A stretch of DNA of 64,000 bases from Octopus bimaculoides. Taxonomy: Eukaryota. This document shows positions 1 through 12,399 of this stretch, in pieces. How positions within the stretch are numbered: position 1 is the first letter of the stretch; each line of letters starts with the position of its first letter. The stretch is from positions 163,175,528-163,239,527 of the forward strand of contig NC_068981.1 of NCBI RefSeq assembly GCF_001194135.2. The letters run 5' to 3'. The notes under the pieces were generated by a model, which ran no database searches, was not told the origin of the DNA, and saw nothing but the letters and a program-made list of their open reading frames with translations. Both the position numbers and the translations under genes were made by a program.

Positions 1-46
<46 letters not shown>
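1..46. repeat. (TA)n microsatellite
   Basis: Perfect TA dinucleotide run at the window start. Confidence 0.98.
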
Positions 47-49
<3 letters not shown>

Positions 50-614
50 ATACATATATACACAAATATCAAGCATGCACATGGCCATGTGGTTAAGAAA
101 TTTGCTTCCCATACATTGATTTAAAGCTGTTTCTTTTAATTTCATTGGAATTATTAAAGTCAACACATATACAGATAGTCAGAGACACATATATACATTC
201 ATGTGGATGTACACTGGCTTTAGCAAAAGCCAACATCATAATCAATACTTGTGTTTCTATAACACTGTTCATCCTGTCCCACTTGTGTGGTGTGTCAATA
301 AATAAATAATTTAATGTACTGACCATCACAGTATACATAGCAAAATTTGATATTGATCAGAACAGTATGTATTCATACATTCTCTAGCATGTTCACCAAC
401 CCCCATCTGCATTCCCTTGCTGACATCAGTGTGTAAGAAATACTGTTACTGGCTTCAGGTAGAATGAAAAGTTAAGGTGGAAAGAAAATTCCCAATAGCT
501 AACAGGGTGAGAGAAAGTGAAAGTGTGTGTATGTGAAGAATGTACACATTCATGCATGCATTCTAATACATTATTTACAATTGACGGATATTTGTCCTCA
601 TCTTGTTTGTTGTT

Positions 615-660
615 AACACAACGTTTCGGCTGATATACCCTCCAGCCTTCATCAGGTGTC
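615..660 (-). ncRNA. Minimal type I hammerhead ribozyme
   Basis: Minus strand reads GACAC-CUGAUGA-A-GGCUG(GAGGGUAUAU)CAGCC-GAA-ACGU-U-GUGUU. All core nucleotides are present, with a 5-bp stem II, a palindromic ACGU stem III, a GUU cleavage triplet and a 5-bp stem I (one G-U). Confidence 0.75.
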
Positions 661-679
661 TTGGGGAAATTTTCGAACC

Positions 680-689
680 NNNNNNNNNN
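680..689. other. Assembly gap (10 N); others at 8658-8667, 17354-17363, 23904-23913, 43285-43399 and 57517-57526
   Basis: N runs; the gaps at 680 and 23904 have duplicated flanks. Confidence 0.98.
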
Positions 690-858
690 ACGTTTCGGCT
701 GATATACCCTCCAGCCTTCATCAGGTGTCTTGGGGAAATTTTCGAACCTGGGTTCTCATTCCTAAGGTATTTTTCGATGTTGTTGTCATTATTATTATTA
801 TTATTCAGGTCACAACCTGGAATCGAACTCGTAATCTTGTAAATAATGTACATAATTC

Positions 859-887
<29 letters not shown>

Positions 888-889
<2 letters not shown>

Positions 890-1078
890 AGGCGGCAAGC
901 TAGCAAAATTGGTACCAGTGTCTGGCAAAATGCTTAGAGCATTTACTCCTCCTTTACATTCTGAATTCAAATTCCGCCCAATCGACTTTGCCTTTCTTTC
1001 ATGGATTGATAAAATAAGTACTGGATGAATACTGATTCTATGTAAACAACTAACCCCCTCCCCACCAAGTTTCAAGCC
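888..1078 (+). mobile_element. SINE family B (tRNA head + Nin/Deu-like domain), decayed
   Basis: ggcggcaagctagc head, ttctgaattcaaattcc B-box, gactttgcctttc...gataaaataagtac core; similar to copies at 27115-28260. Confidence 0.8.
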
Positions 1079-1091
1079 TTTATCATCATCA

Positions 1092-1181
<90 letters not shown>

Positions 1182-1190
1182 CAGCAGCAG
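1079..1190. repeat. Compound (ATC)(ATT)(AGT)(AGC) trinucleotide microsatellite
   Basis: Direct reading. Confidence 0.95.
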
Positions 1191-2454
1191 AGGTGGGAAC
1201 TCTAAAGCACTACTAACCAGACTTGTGTGTTTGTACATAAATATATTAAGCTTATTTCGCTTTTATGTAAATTATTTGTGAAAGTGTTTAGCTGTATGTA
1301 ATACACCTAGAAATGCAAATTACAAGTAAAATATTGTGATAAATATATTTACAACACAAACATGACAGTTCTTGATGTATTTACAAATATTTATTTAGTT
1401 AATTACATTACGGCATCACTTTGCCTTTTATTACATGAGAAATTGATAAGTACCAGTCATATACAACTGAATGACCCTTTTCCTTACAAAGCCTGATGTC
1501 TGTATCCTAAATTATCATTATTATTATTTGTATTATTATCTTTCTCCGTTTTCTTCCAGTTTAGACGAACGTTCCTACCTTTTCGGACAAAACCTTTTGT
1601 AACCTTCGTCCTGTCTTTGTCCTTACATGTTTTTAATTGATATTAGCCCTTGTGGCCAATAAAACAAATTAATTATTATTATTATTATTGCTATGAGAGA
1701 TAATGAGGTGTAGAACTAATAGAGCCCAACAACATTACTTTGTAGTATTCCTTTTGAATATTAAATGTAAATCTGGTTGGGAGTCAAATTTGCTTTCCAT
1801 ACGTCATGAATTAGTTAATGTAACTAATAGTACTGGGGTTAATTAGATTGGCAATAACCTTGAAATGATGGCCTTGCCCACCTATGTCAAAAAGTCCATT
1901 CCCTTACCAGATTTTGTGACCTTCTGTTTATTGTTGTCATATTGGTGTTTGTCGTTTATGCTCCTGGTCAACCCCAGTCACACAATTGTATGCTATGTGC
2001 AGAGAGCTTAGGATCACATTATTCAGTATATCGTTTTCTAAGACAAGGGGGTATGTGATGAAGGATATTTGATAGCTTTTTCTAACTTGTGGAATGGGCA
2101 CTTTAATGCTCCCCATATTGGCTCGATTTGCCACCGCTGCCACCACCACCACTGCCATCTTATATAACATGTGCAGATTAAATATTAGGTGAGCATCAAA
2201 CCTATCTATTTGTTAATGTTAATACACCCAAATTATGTTTATCTCATTGATTAAAGCAAACATAACTTGGCTGTATTAACATTGTTAAATATAAAGTCTG
2301 GATTTTCCATAAAGGATAAAGGGCTGTTCATAATTGAAGAAGGATCATCTATCTCTCTTGTTATCCTTCTAGCTTACCCATTCATGTTACAAGTGAATGA
2401 AGTTACTCAGTTAGATAGAAACAACAGTCGAAGAACATATCCTACTACCTGAAC

Positions 2455-2668
2455 CTTCTAATATTTAAGATGGCCTTACCTACCTCAAATATTCTACCAA
2501 GTTTTATGCTTAAATTGAGACCAGATTTGACCTCTCACATTTATCCCACAATGTCATTCAAAAAATAATCTTATCAATATCTCAAAGCTATAAGATAATG
2601 CATAGTTAAACAAAATGATGTCAATTAATAATCTTTGCATTTGATAGAGTAGCCTGAAAGCAAAAGGG
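2455..2668 (-). mobile_element. piggyBac-type MITE family 2, decayed
   Basis: Right end aaaaggg|ttaa; internal sequence is the reverse complement of copies at ~35141-35250 and ~37930-38150. Confidence 0.6.
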
Positions 2669-2819
2669 TTAAAAAAAAAAAAGAAAAAGAAAGGGCACAG
2701 CAGACAAAAAAGGGCAAAGCTGTTGCAGCTTGAACATCTGAAAGTGTAAGTTGGTTGGATTAGGGGATATGTTACTAAACAACTTTGCTACTGCCATCAC
2801 CATCACCATCACTACCACC

Positions 2820-3130
2820 ACCATCATTTTAATGTCCACTTTTCCATGCTTGCATGGGTTAGATGGAATTTATTAAGGCAGACTTTCCATGGTCAGACAC
2901 CCTTCTAGTTACCAACCCTTACCTATCTCCAAGTAAGGTATTTCCCATGGCCAGATGTTTTTCTTGGAAGACTAAAAATAAGCAACACCTTGATGCACAT
3001 TAACAACCATCACATGATGTCAAAACAAGGACACACACACACACACGTTTATGATAAGCTTCTTTCAGTTTCTGTCTACCAAATCCACTCCCAAAGATTT
3101 AGTAGAAGACACTTGCCCAAAGTGCTATGT
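2820..3130 (-). mobile_element. Decayed RTE 3' tail followed by SINE family A fragment
   Basis: catcatttta atgtccactttt ccatgcttgcatggg tail signature, then ctttcagtttctgtctaccaaatccactc SINE core. Confidence 0.75.
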
Positions 3131-3493
3131 AGTGGGATTTCCCAACTAAATGGTTGGGACATCTACATATACATGCAGAAAAAGGACAGTGATTATATAG
3201 TGATGAAGAATTGACCACTGTTTTGTAGAGAAATTATTTCCTGGGTTATATGATAGAACATATAACTGATTCTTTACCATTTGAGTTACAACATATGCAC
3301 AAAAGTAAATAAGTTTGCAAAAATGAATTTGAGTAAAATTAAGATTTTTCTAAGTGTGAAATTATTTAAAGAATAAAAGACAAAGAGAATTTAACTCAGA
3401 AACTAACACATCATCAATCACTATTACCATGACAAGCGGTATAAAAAATTTACAAAAATTACCTCCTTAAAGTTATTCCTGTGTAATAAGGAG

Positions 3494-3529
<36 letters not shown>

Positions 3530-3764
3530 ACAACAGGGCTCCTAAAATAAACCAATATAGACTGGATTTTGAAAGAAGGACTTTGGTCTTGTTTTCTGGC
3601 CAGACAACAACTATCTTGTTAAAAATGCTTATAAATAATGTGGGTGTAACAATTACAGGCAAAAAAGATATTCTTAAATTTGCAGCAAATTTAAAACACA
3701 GTTTGTATGATCCAAGTTTATTTCTACTATTTAAAAGAGACCATCATACATTGCTAATGGCTTG

Positions 3765-4060
3765 AGATGTCTGAGGGGGTTATATTTAAGGGGCATCTCT
3801 GTTAAGACTTTGAGAGGTATCTGTTGCTAATGTTTTGAGAGATGCCTGTTCCTAATGTTTAGCAAGGATATGTTTGATAAGTATCTGTTGCTAATATTTC
3901 GAGGAGTTATGTTGACAATGTTTGAGAGATATTTGTTACTTATGTTGGTTTTGTCTGAGAGTCCTCTGTTGCTAATGCTGGTTATTTCTGAGGGCCATCT
4001 GTTGCTAATGTTTGAGGTGTTATGTTTGCAAGGTACTTCTTGCTAACATTTGAAGGGCTA
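3765..4060. repeat. Degenerate ~21-24 bp minisatellite (consensus ~tttgagaggtatctgttgctaatg)
   Basis: About ten imperfect copies of ctgttgctaatg-type units; explains ORF 3855-4046. Confidence 0.85.
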
Positions 4061-4299
4061 AGTTTGAATAAGTACTTCAGCAACTATTGCTACTCGTCAG
4101 TTTAGTTATTGATTAAATTCCAGTAATTAATTATTGCAATAAAATATTTCAAATTGCATACACACAAGCTTACACGTGAATGATTGTAAAAGTACATAAA
4201 AATGAAATATAAATAACAGGAGTCAGTTGTTGGTGAGGTGGGGTGGAGAAACTGAGCAGTGGGTGCAGTGGGGTAGAACGTGTAAATCTTGTGTCTTTT

Positions 4300-4672
4300 A
4301 TTTGTTTCAGTCATTAGACACTGCCTTGAACGATATCAATCAAATGAATCAATCCTAATACCTATTTTTAAGCCTGATACTTATTCTATCAGTTTCTTTT
4401 GCTGAGCTGTTAAATTACAGGGACGTAACCAAATCAACACTGGTAGACAAGCAATGGTGGAGGACAATCACAAAGACACACTCTCACACACACACATGCA
4501 AGCAAACACTCTATAGGCTTCTTTCAGAGTCCATCTACCAAATCCACTCACAAGGCTTTTGTTGGCCCAGGGCTATAGTAGAAGACATTCAACAAGGTGC
4601 TGTGCAGTGAGATTGAATCCAAGGCAGTATAGTTGGGAAGCAAATTTCGTAATCACACAGTCATGCCTACAC
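4300..4672 (-). mobile_element. SINE family A (tRNA-derived, internal CA/TA microsatellite)
   Basis: Reverse complement of the family consensus (ttgtttcagtcatt tail; ccaaatccactcacaaggc; head). Confidence 0.85.
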
Positions 4673-4733
4673 CCTGTAAGCCCTGCCTGTGTCTATGTTT
4701 ACTTAGGGAAAACATAAAAAGAAAACTAATTAA

Positions 4734-4951
4734 CCCTTTCGTTACTAACCCGGCTGAAACCGACTCTGGCTCTAGGTACAAATGTCTTGTTTCCATAAGT
4801 TTTGAATTAAAATCTTCCACTAAACCTTAGTCACAATTAATGTTCCTAACACTAGCTGAATGATAACTAAGTTATTTTACTAAATTCTTTGTTATGTTTA
4901 AAGTAATTGAAAGAAACAGAGCATCTCAAAATAAATACAGTAACAAAAGGG
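4734..4951. mobile_element. piggyBac-type MITE family 1 (218 bp)
   Basis: TTAA target-site duplication at 4730-4733 and 4952-4955; 13-bp TIR ccctttcgttact / cccttttgttact; second copy at 41050-41253. Confidence 0.85.
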
Positions 4952-5640
4952 TTAAGTAATTTACAATCATTGCTCAAAAAGTATTTCAAAATAAGACACT
5001 GTAGCAGATTAAATCATTTTTCAGGGACAAACTTTTGTAAATTATAAGTTATCTACCAGAAATATGAGTAAGAGCCTTCAAGAAAACAGAAAGGAACACA
5101 TACACATTGACCAGAAATTACTCGCTACATTTTAATATTACCCTCTTCAATGGCAACTGATAATATTTTCTTCCTTCTATGATGACTGAAGAATCTGTCT
5201 ATAAATAGCATTATTCTGGAAAAAAAGCTTTATGGGAATGGGTGAGAGAGAGAGAGAAAAAGAGAGAGAATACTAAAACCAGAAGTATTCCAGTAAGCAG
5301 TATGTTACTTGCTTTAATCACTGCTATTATAAACTAGAGATGGGCAGACTAGATAATTCTTTGTAAATGGCTTATATGTGAGGGTAGTGGAATTAAATAG
5401 GGAACAGAGTCCCTATATATATAAATATATATATACATATATATTATATATAAAGGGAAGAAAGGCCATAAGGAAAATGAAGAAGAAATAGTTCACTCTT
5501 TGGCTTATGTAAAACCCTTATATGCATATACACACATATATAGATACATATACAACATATATGACGCCTGTCCATTCATGACTGACAAAGACCATCATTG
5601 ATAATTACATACATTGTGCACTGAGACAAACTTATACTTT

Positions 5641-6032
5641 AGGCGCAAGCATGGCTATGTGGTAAGAAGTTTGCTTCCCAACCACACAGTCTTAGGTTTA
5701 GTCTCACTGTATGGCACCTTGGGCAAGTGTCTTCTACTATACACAGGTTGACCAGAACCTTGTGAGTGGATTTAGTCGGCAGAAACTGTAAGAAGACTGT
5801 CATATATGTGTGTGTGTGTGTGTGTGTATCTGAGTTTGTCCCTCACCACCACTCGGCAGCTAGTGTTGGTATGTTTATGTTTCTGTAACTTAGTGATTCA
5901 GCAAAAGACATCAATAGAATATGTAACAGGCTTTACAAAAAAAATAATAAGTACTGGGGCTGATTCATTCAGCTAAAAATCCAAGGTGGTGCACCAGCAT
6001 GGCCACAATCTAATGACTGAAACAAGTAAAAG
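5641..6032 (+). mobile_element. SINE family A
   Basis: aggcgcaagcatggctatgtgg A-box head, cttgggcaagtgtcttctactat, tail gactgaaacaagtaaaaga. Confidence 0.9.
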
Positions 6033-6935
6033 AGATGAAAGAAATATGTAAACACACACACGTGTGCGTGTATACACACACAGATACATGCATTATATCT
6101 ATATATATATACACACACACACAGATACACATTACATATACAAATACACGCATTATATATATATATATATATGGAAAGCGGACGTTAAACGACAACGACG
6201 ATATATTTATGAAGCAGCATTATATAGCATATACATTGATCAGCTGGCATTAGTGTCAGGTCATGGAGACACCATGTAACAAGAACTGGGTATGGAATAT
6301 GGAGGACAAAGAGGAAAAAAATGTGAATGCCCCACAAGAAGGTATAAGAGAAACAGATGATGTGGGGCTTATTTGTGATTTTCTTTTTTTTTTTAAGAAA
6401 TATTGTGACTTAAAGGGATATAAAAACAATTAAGGAATTGATTACAACAACAATAGCAATAATGTTTTTGAGAAACTGAGTGTATAGGGATTTTGGTGTT
6501 AAGATAATTTTATAGAGAATGGGTTTAAAGGAAGCAGCCAAAATCATTTATAAAATATGTCTCTATTGGATACTTAAGCAAAGCAATCTGTTGATGCAGA
6601 CAGAAAGTTGTATTAACTATAATGACATTAAGAAAAAGACAATCCCAACAGGATTAGAGAGCATACATAGCTCCTAGCATTATTCGGCCTAACAGAAAAT
6701 CCATCTTATAGTATGAGTTTTATCTCAATAGGTTTAATGTGACTTTTACGAAAAGAAATTTTTGTTCCTCAAACATTGAAAGATGAGAAACCACCAATAT
6801 ATTCAAGAGATCAAAAATGTGAATGAAAAGTAAATGTTTTGGTATTATGGAATATCAAAGCAAAAATATAGTATAAAATAACACTAAATTTTAACTTTTC
6901 TAAACAGGAAAAATCATATAAAATAAAAATAAAGG

Positions 6936-6976
<41 letters not shown>

Positions 6977-7096
6977 CATTCTTCTATGAATGCTGAAGGA
7001 CAATGAGATTTAAAATAAAAGAGAATCTTTTGAATAAAATAAAATAGATGTTGGCAATTTTGTGTATTAACTTTTCTTTTTCTTTTTCTTTTGTGT

Positions 7097-7127
<31 letters not shown>

Positions 7128-7669
7128 ACTTAAACCACAAATACTTTAAACCATAACAACATGAAGTATTGCAGAGACTAATAGATTAAAAGTATATGGA
7201 TTTTTTAAAAAGTTGTTGTTATTGTTGCTGTTATCATCATCATCATAGTCGTCATCGTCATCGTCATCATCATCATCATCATAGTCGTCATCATCATCAC
7301 TGGACTTCTTTCCAGCCATCTACATTACATGATGGTTACATTGTTTTGAATTAATGGAATCTGAAGGAATGAGGTGGGAGGGGAGGGGGGATAAAGAAGA
7401 AGCGATATGAAAGAAACTAGCAGTGCACATATAGACTTCTCGCAACCATATGCGTGCATGTGTGTGTGTGTGTGTGTGTGTGTGCTCGCGCACGTGCGAG
7501 TGATAGAGAGAGAAAGGTAATATGAGCATCAAATTTATTAGAAGTGGAGAGAATAATCGAATCTACTAATTCTTGATTAAATGTCTGAGATGAGTTATTG
7601 TTAATAAGATTATAATTTTTCGGACTATTAACCTCGTCTTTAGAGATGAAGCACTTTTTAATCATCACC

Positions 7670-7900
7670 ATCGTGATTTAATGACTGTTTTCCATGCTGG
7701 CATGGGTTGTACAGATTGACAGGAGCTGGCAATCTAGAGGGCCATACCAGGCTCCAGTGGCCTATTGTGGCATGGTTTTTATGGCTGGATGCCCTTCCTA
7801 CTGTCAACCACTTTACAAAGTGTTCAGTGGTGCTTTTTACATGGCATTGGGATAGGCGCGTTTCATATGGCACTGGCATGGGTGCTTTTTATGTGGCACC
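7670..7900 (-). mobile_element. Decayed RTE LINE 3' tail
   Basis: ttccatgctggcatgggtt...ggctggatgcccttccta...gtggtgcttttta motifs shared with 36470-36640. Confidence 0.75.
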
Positions 7901-8121
7901 AGCACAAGTAGGCGTCTTATTCCTGGTTATGTACAGCATGCGAAACCTTTTTTACTAGAGAAGACTGAGGATAAGAATGTTGTTGTTGCTGCTGCTGCTA
8001 GTTTAAAAATTAAGGTTCCTTATACAAATTCAGTTTGATATTATTTACATATCTAGGAACAAGACATTTGCTGATGATAATGATGCTTAGAGATCAAACT
8101 GATTAAAACATTAGTGTAGAT

Positions 8122-8412
8122 CAGTGGTTCCCAAAGTGGGCAGTATTACCCCCCCCCCCCCAAACAGTGGAAGGTTCCAAGGGGGTGTTGAAGAAAAGTG
8201 AGGCGATAATGGGGTAGCGATTCAAGTAAAAACAACAAAATAATGGGTTCAGTAGGTTAAGTTTTATTTATGTAATACAGTTGCTTTGAAGTTGCTTCAG
8301 AAAGAGGTCTATGTTTATGATGGTTAGTTGGGGTGGTGTTGGAGTGGGGGCGCTAGGAATGTGGCCTAGGTGTCAAGGGGGCGGCAGCCCAACAATGTTT
8401 GGGAACCAACTG
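8122..8412. mobile_element. hAT (Charlie-like) MITE, 291 bp
   Basis: TIR cagtggttcccaaa / tttgggaaccaactg; perfect 8-bp TSD GTGTAGAT at 8114-8121 and 8413-8420. Confidence 0.88.
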
Positions 8413-8419
8413 GTGTAGA

Positions 8420-8630
8420 TATACTTTTCTAATTCTGGCACAAGGCCAACAATTTTTTGGGGAGAAGGAAGTTGACTACATAGACCTCAGTGATCAACCA
8501 ATACCCCACTATATTGACCCTGAAAGAATGAAAGGTAAGAATGACCTTGGCAACATTTGAACTCAGAAGGTAACAAGCTAAAGGAAATGTCACTAAACAT
8601 TTTGTCTAATAATTTTGCTGGATAACTGCC
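8420..8630 (-). mobile_element. SINE family B
   Basis: ttctggcacaaggcc tail, gaaagaatgaaagg core, atttgaactcagaa B-box in reverse. Confidence 0.8.
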
Positions 8631-9827
8631 TTCTCTTAGTGTATATTCTAAGGGGGGNNNNNNNNNNCATATTTCTAAACACAGTAATTAGTCTGAAAAA
8701 TTATAATCATAGTATTAATTGTTATAGTTAATAATAAAACATATTTTCAAAAACATCTGCTCCTTGCCAAGAATGAAAAAAGATGACTTATAAAGAACAA
8801 TTAACTTCTATTAAGTTCTGTAAATAAGAAATAATAAAATGTCAAATTCCAAATAGTGGGAAAACAATGTTGATTAAAGCTAGAAAATAAAATTCTTAAG
8901 ACCATAAAGAAAATACTTGGCTGTCCCACCCCACCACCACTTAATTTGTAAATGACAAAACTGAAATTAACTGAAGAATGAATTATTGGAAAGTGAATAT
9001 GTTGTTATATATTAATTGAAGAGTTGATTAAAAGAAAGGATATGGTTATACACATACATCAACCAGAAGAAAACAAACAAATGATTTAAAAGTCTGTTAA
9101 AATTAAAATTGGAAATAATAATGCAAAAATGGTGGTACCCCAGCATGGCTTAAGACATGATAACTAAAACAAATTAAATTAAAGAATTAAAAATGAAACA
9201 AGTAACATTATGCTCGGAACAGGGGCTGTGATGATGGTGAAAGTAGTGGTTGTGGTTGTCATTTGAATGGTCCATATACTTTTATAGTTATTTGTCAATC
9301 ATCTTAGTAAATTTGGAAGTAAAGTTTTAAGGACAGAGGCGGTAAAAGTCAGGAATGGATGTGTAGAGTCTACTATTACTGTGTCTAATGTGACCTGCTG
9401 CACTAAGTATTCTTATTCGAGTCATAAGCTGTGATTTGCAGAATGTGATGAATTACCGTGGTCTCAGGAATTAAGCCAATCTTCTTCGTTGCAACTTTGG
9501 CAACAATCAAATTGTAGCTGTGCCAGATGATAAATTCCGAGGATCTTGATAGTTTAAGATTACTTAATACTAGTTGGCCTGCAAGAGACTGCATCATTGC
9601 TCTGTCCTGGTTCTCTTTAGTTAACAGAAAAAGGAAGTGCCAAACCTTTGTACAGTTTGAAGAGTAATTTGGAAGAAAATAGCAGATCTTTTATAGCCTG
9701 AATATGGAGGAATGGTTGCTGCTCAGTTTAGATACACTCTTTATATAATTGAGAAAGAGTGGTTGTTTACTAGTACCAGACCAGTCCTTTTCCTGCAGAT
9801 TTATGACCAAAGGAGTGAAGGTACTAG

Positions 9828-10060
9828 GCTTAGTGGTTAGGGTGTTGCACACATGATTGTAAGATCATGGTTTCAATTCCTGCACTGGGTGGTGTATCGT
9901 GTTTTTGAGCAAAACACTTCATTTCTCATTGCTTCAGTTCACTTAACTGTAAACGAGTAACCTTGCAATGGACTGGCATTCCATTTAGGAGAAATTGTGA
10001 TCTTGGTCTCTTGCACACCATGGAAACTGGCTAACCAGCCCTATAAATCCAAGGACCCAA
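9828..10060 (+). mobile_element. SINE family C (tRNA head, CORE/Meta-like box, V-domain-like module)
   Basis: tagtggttagggtgttg head, gtttcaattcc B-box, tttttgagcaaaacacttc box, ccttgcaatggactggcattccatttagg resembling the V-SINE domain. Confidence 0.6.
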
Positions 10061-10460
10061 AAGACAGTACTTTATGACAAAAGGTGTTCAGACCATAATG
10101 CTTTTGTCCTTTTTTTTGTATATAGAAAACTGCATTGTCTAATGTCTACTTTGTTGTAAAGACAACTTTAAAACAAAGGGTAATTTAATTGCCGTTTGTA
10201 GAAGGTTCACAAACCAGAGAACCTTCTGCAGGTATATTATATGTGATGCAGAAATAGTAGTTTTTATTGGAAGCAGAAAAATCTTCAAATTATGAAGTCC
10301 AAATAATGATCGCTGTTGTTTATGCTCAAGTGAAACTTGGTTTCTGATAAAGAAGACCTATGATCAATGCATTGCAACCATGACCATCTCCTTATATGTC
10401 TTATTACAATGTCTATCTTAGAGAAACAAAGTGTTTCACAACCTAAACCACAAACTTATT

Positions 10461-10560
10461 ATTTTCACCTGATGAAGCCAAAAAAGGTGAAACTTTGAAG
10501 TCATAGCTGTCAATTTTTTTCTATGTAAAAAATAAAGCTGATACTCTACTTAAATATATT
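10461..10560 (+). mobile_element. Decayed Penelope-like terminus with degenerate hammerhead core
   Basis: CTGATGA-A-GCC-AAAAAA-GGT-GAAAC at 10469-10493; stem III and the cleavage site no longer canonical. Confidence 0.4.
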
Positions 10561-10837
10561 GTGTAATCCTTCAATAAATCTTTGTTTTTATAGATGACAA
10601 TACATAAACATCATCATCATCATCATCCACACACACAAATACACATATATAGATCGATAAATGGATATGTAGAGAGAAAGATAGAGAGAGGGAGACAGAT
10701 AGAAAGATAGATATGTATATACAGGAAGATTATATATATGTGCTAATACAGTCTCGATTTAACTAAAAATAACCTTGAACTTCTTTAAAGTTAAACAACA
10801 AACAAATAAAACTATATACATACATACATATACATAT

Positions 10838-10878
<41 letters not shown>

Positions 10879-12399
10879 TGTGTGTGTCTGTATATAAAGT
10901 ACAAAAAATAAAAATTCTAAAATATATCTTAAAATCTTTTTTAAACTCTTGTCAAATTTCTTTAGCTGCTGCAAATGTAAGTATAAATCAATCAGTCAGG
11001 AAGAGACAACTGATTCTATACAAGTTTTTATTTATTATTAAAAAACAAAAAAAATTTTAATGGATTTTCAACTTCCGTTTCGTTATATTCATTTTAACCT
11101 GTGCAAGAAAGCTTTTGAAAGACTGTTTGAAGTTTAGATTGAATTGCCTCTAAAATTATAGCTTATATATGACCCAGGTAATACTTGCTGTTACCAAATT
11201 AACAATAACATCTTATAATAATACAGCTAGCTAGCTAGTTAGTTAGTGTGGGCTATGATATTCAGATTGAATTTAAAACAAGTCTTTTATTTAGATTGTT
11301 TGATTAAGAAAAATCATATGCAGACAAATCTTTGGCTAGAGCAGCAGGAATATTGGCAATTTAGTTAATGCACAGGACGCAATAGTCTAATATTTGTAGT
11401 AACAGACAAATAAGAGATCTAGTTGGGCAGATTTAACTGTAATAGACCTGACTTTTGTTCGTTTATAAGGTGTCTACACAGGTGTATCTTTCCATTATGA
11501 CATTACCGGTTCTTGCTTAGATTTGACTTAATGGAACTGCAAATAATGTATTAGAAATAAAGTCTAATAATTATTCAGTAGTTTATTTCAACATACCTAC
11601 TAACATTAATCAGCTAGAAATATTATCTTTTCATGAATCTCACAAGAGTTGTTGGAGATCTTTAGCTGGCTTACACAGATTAGAAACATGACTTCCCCTA
11701 CCTCCCACCCATTGTTGTTAATTAACTCCACTGATTGACAAAATTTATGATGAAAGAGATTCTGACTGTGTGACCCACCCCTGTCTGTGTACAATTAAGA
11801 GTAGATCGCCCAATGTTAAAATTCATGTTTTAAGAAGGCAAGGAGTGATTTGAAGGGAATTTAACTTCAAACACATATAAAAATACATGCACAGAACTGG
11901 ACCTCTCATCCAGCTTCCAGAAATCAAAAATTTCCAGAATTCCAAGAATACTGTGAAATACTGTGCAATATATTACTGTATCCTGTACTGAGTAAACAGA
12001 CCGTTTTTGAAGTTGATTAAGGTGCATAAAAGTAGTTTTATTCATTACTCTTAAGTGAATTGACAAACATTAAACATACTCTGCTTTAGAAGTGTATTAA
12101 TTTGTACCCGTATCTTTTAAAATCATGTTCTTTACTATTTTTCCCTCATTTTTCATTTTATTTATAAACATTATACTGTACACATGGATTAATACATATT
12201 AAACAGGTCCTGCTTTAGAGGTGTATAAACTGAAACCTGTTAAATACAATTCATTTCTTTACTTTTCATAGTTAATTTTATATTTTAAGAATATATTTAG
12301 ACTGTCTTCAGAAAATCCAAAAATCTGGGACTCTTCTAGTCCCAAGCTTGCTGAATAATTAGTCCATTACTTGTGTGTGCGCGTGCACGCACGCAATGG

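Larger units (their letters stand above)
567..850 (-). mobile_element. Short non-autonomous retroelement with tRNA-like B-box and Penelope-type hammerhead terminus
   Basis: Minus strand has GTTCGATTCC (819-828), an (AAT)n spacer, a body and CTGATGA...GAAACGT. It is bounded by a 13-bp inverted repeat (567-579 / 838-850). Bases 621-679 are duplicated at 690-748 across a 10-N gap. Confidence 0.65.
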
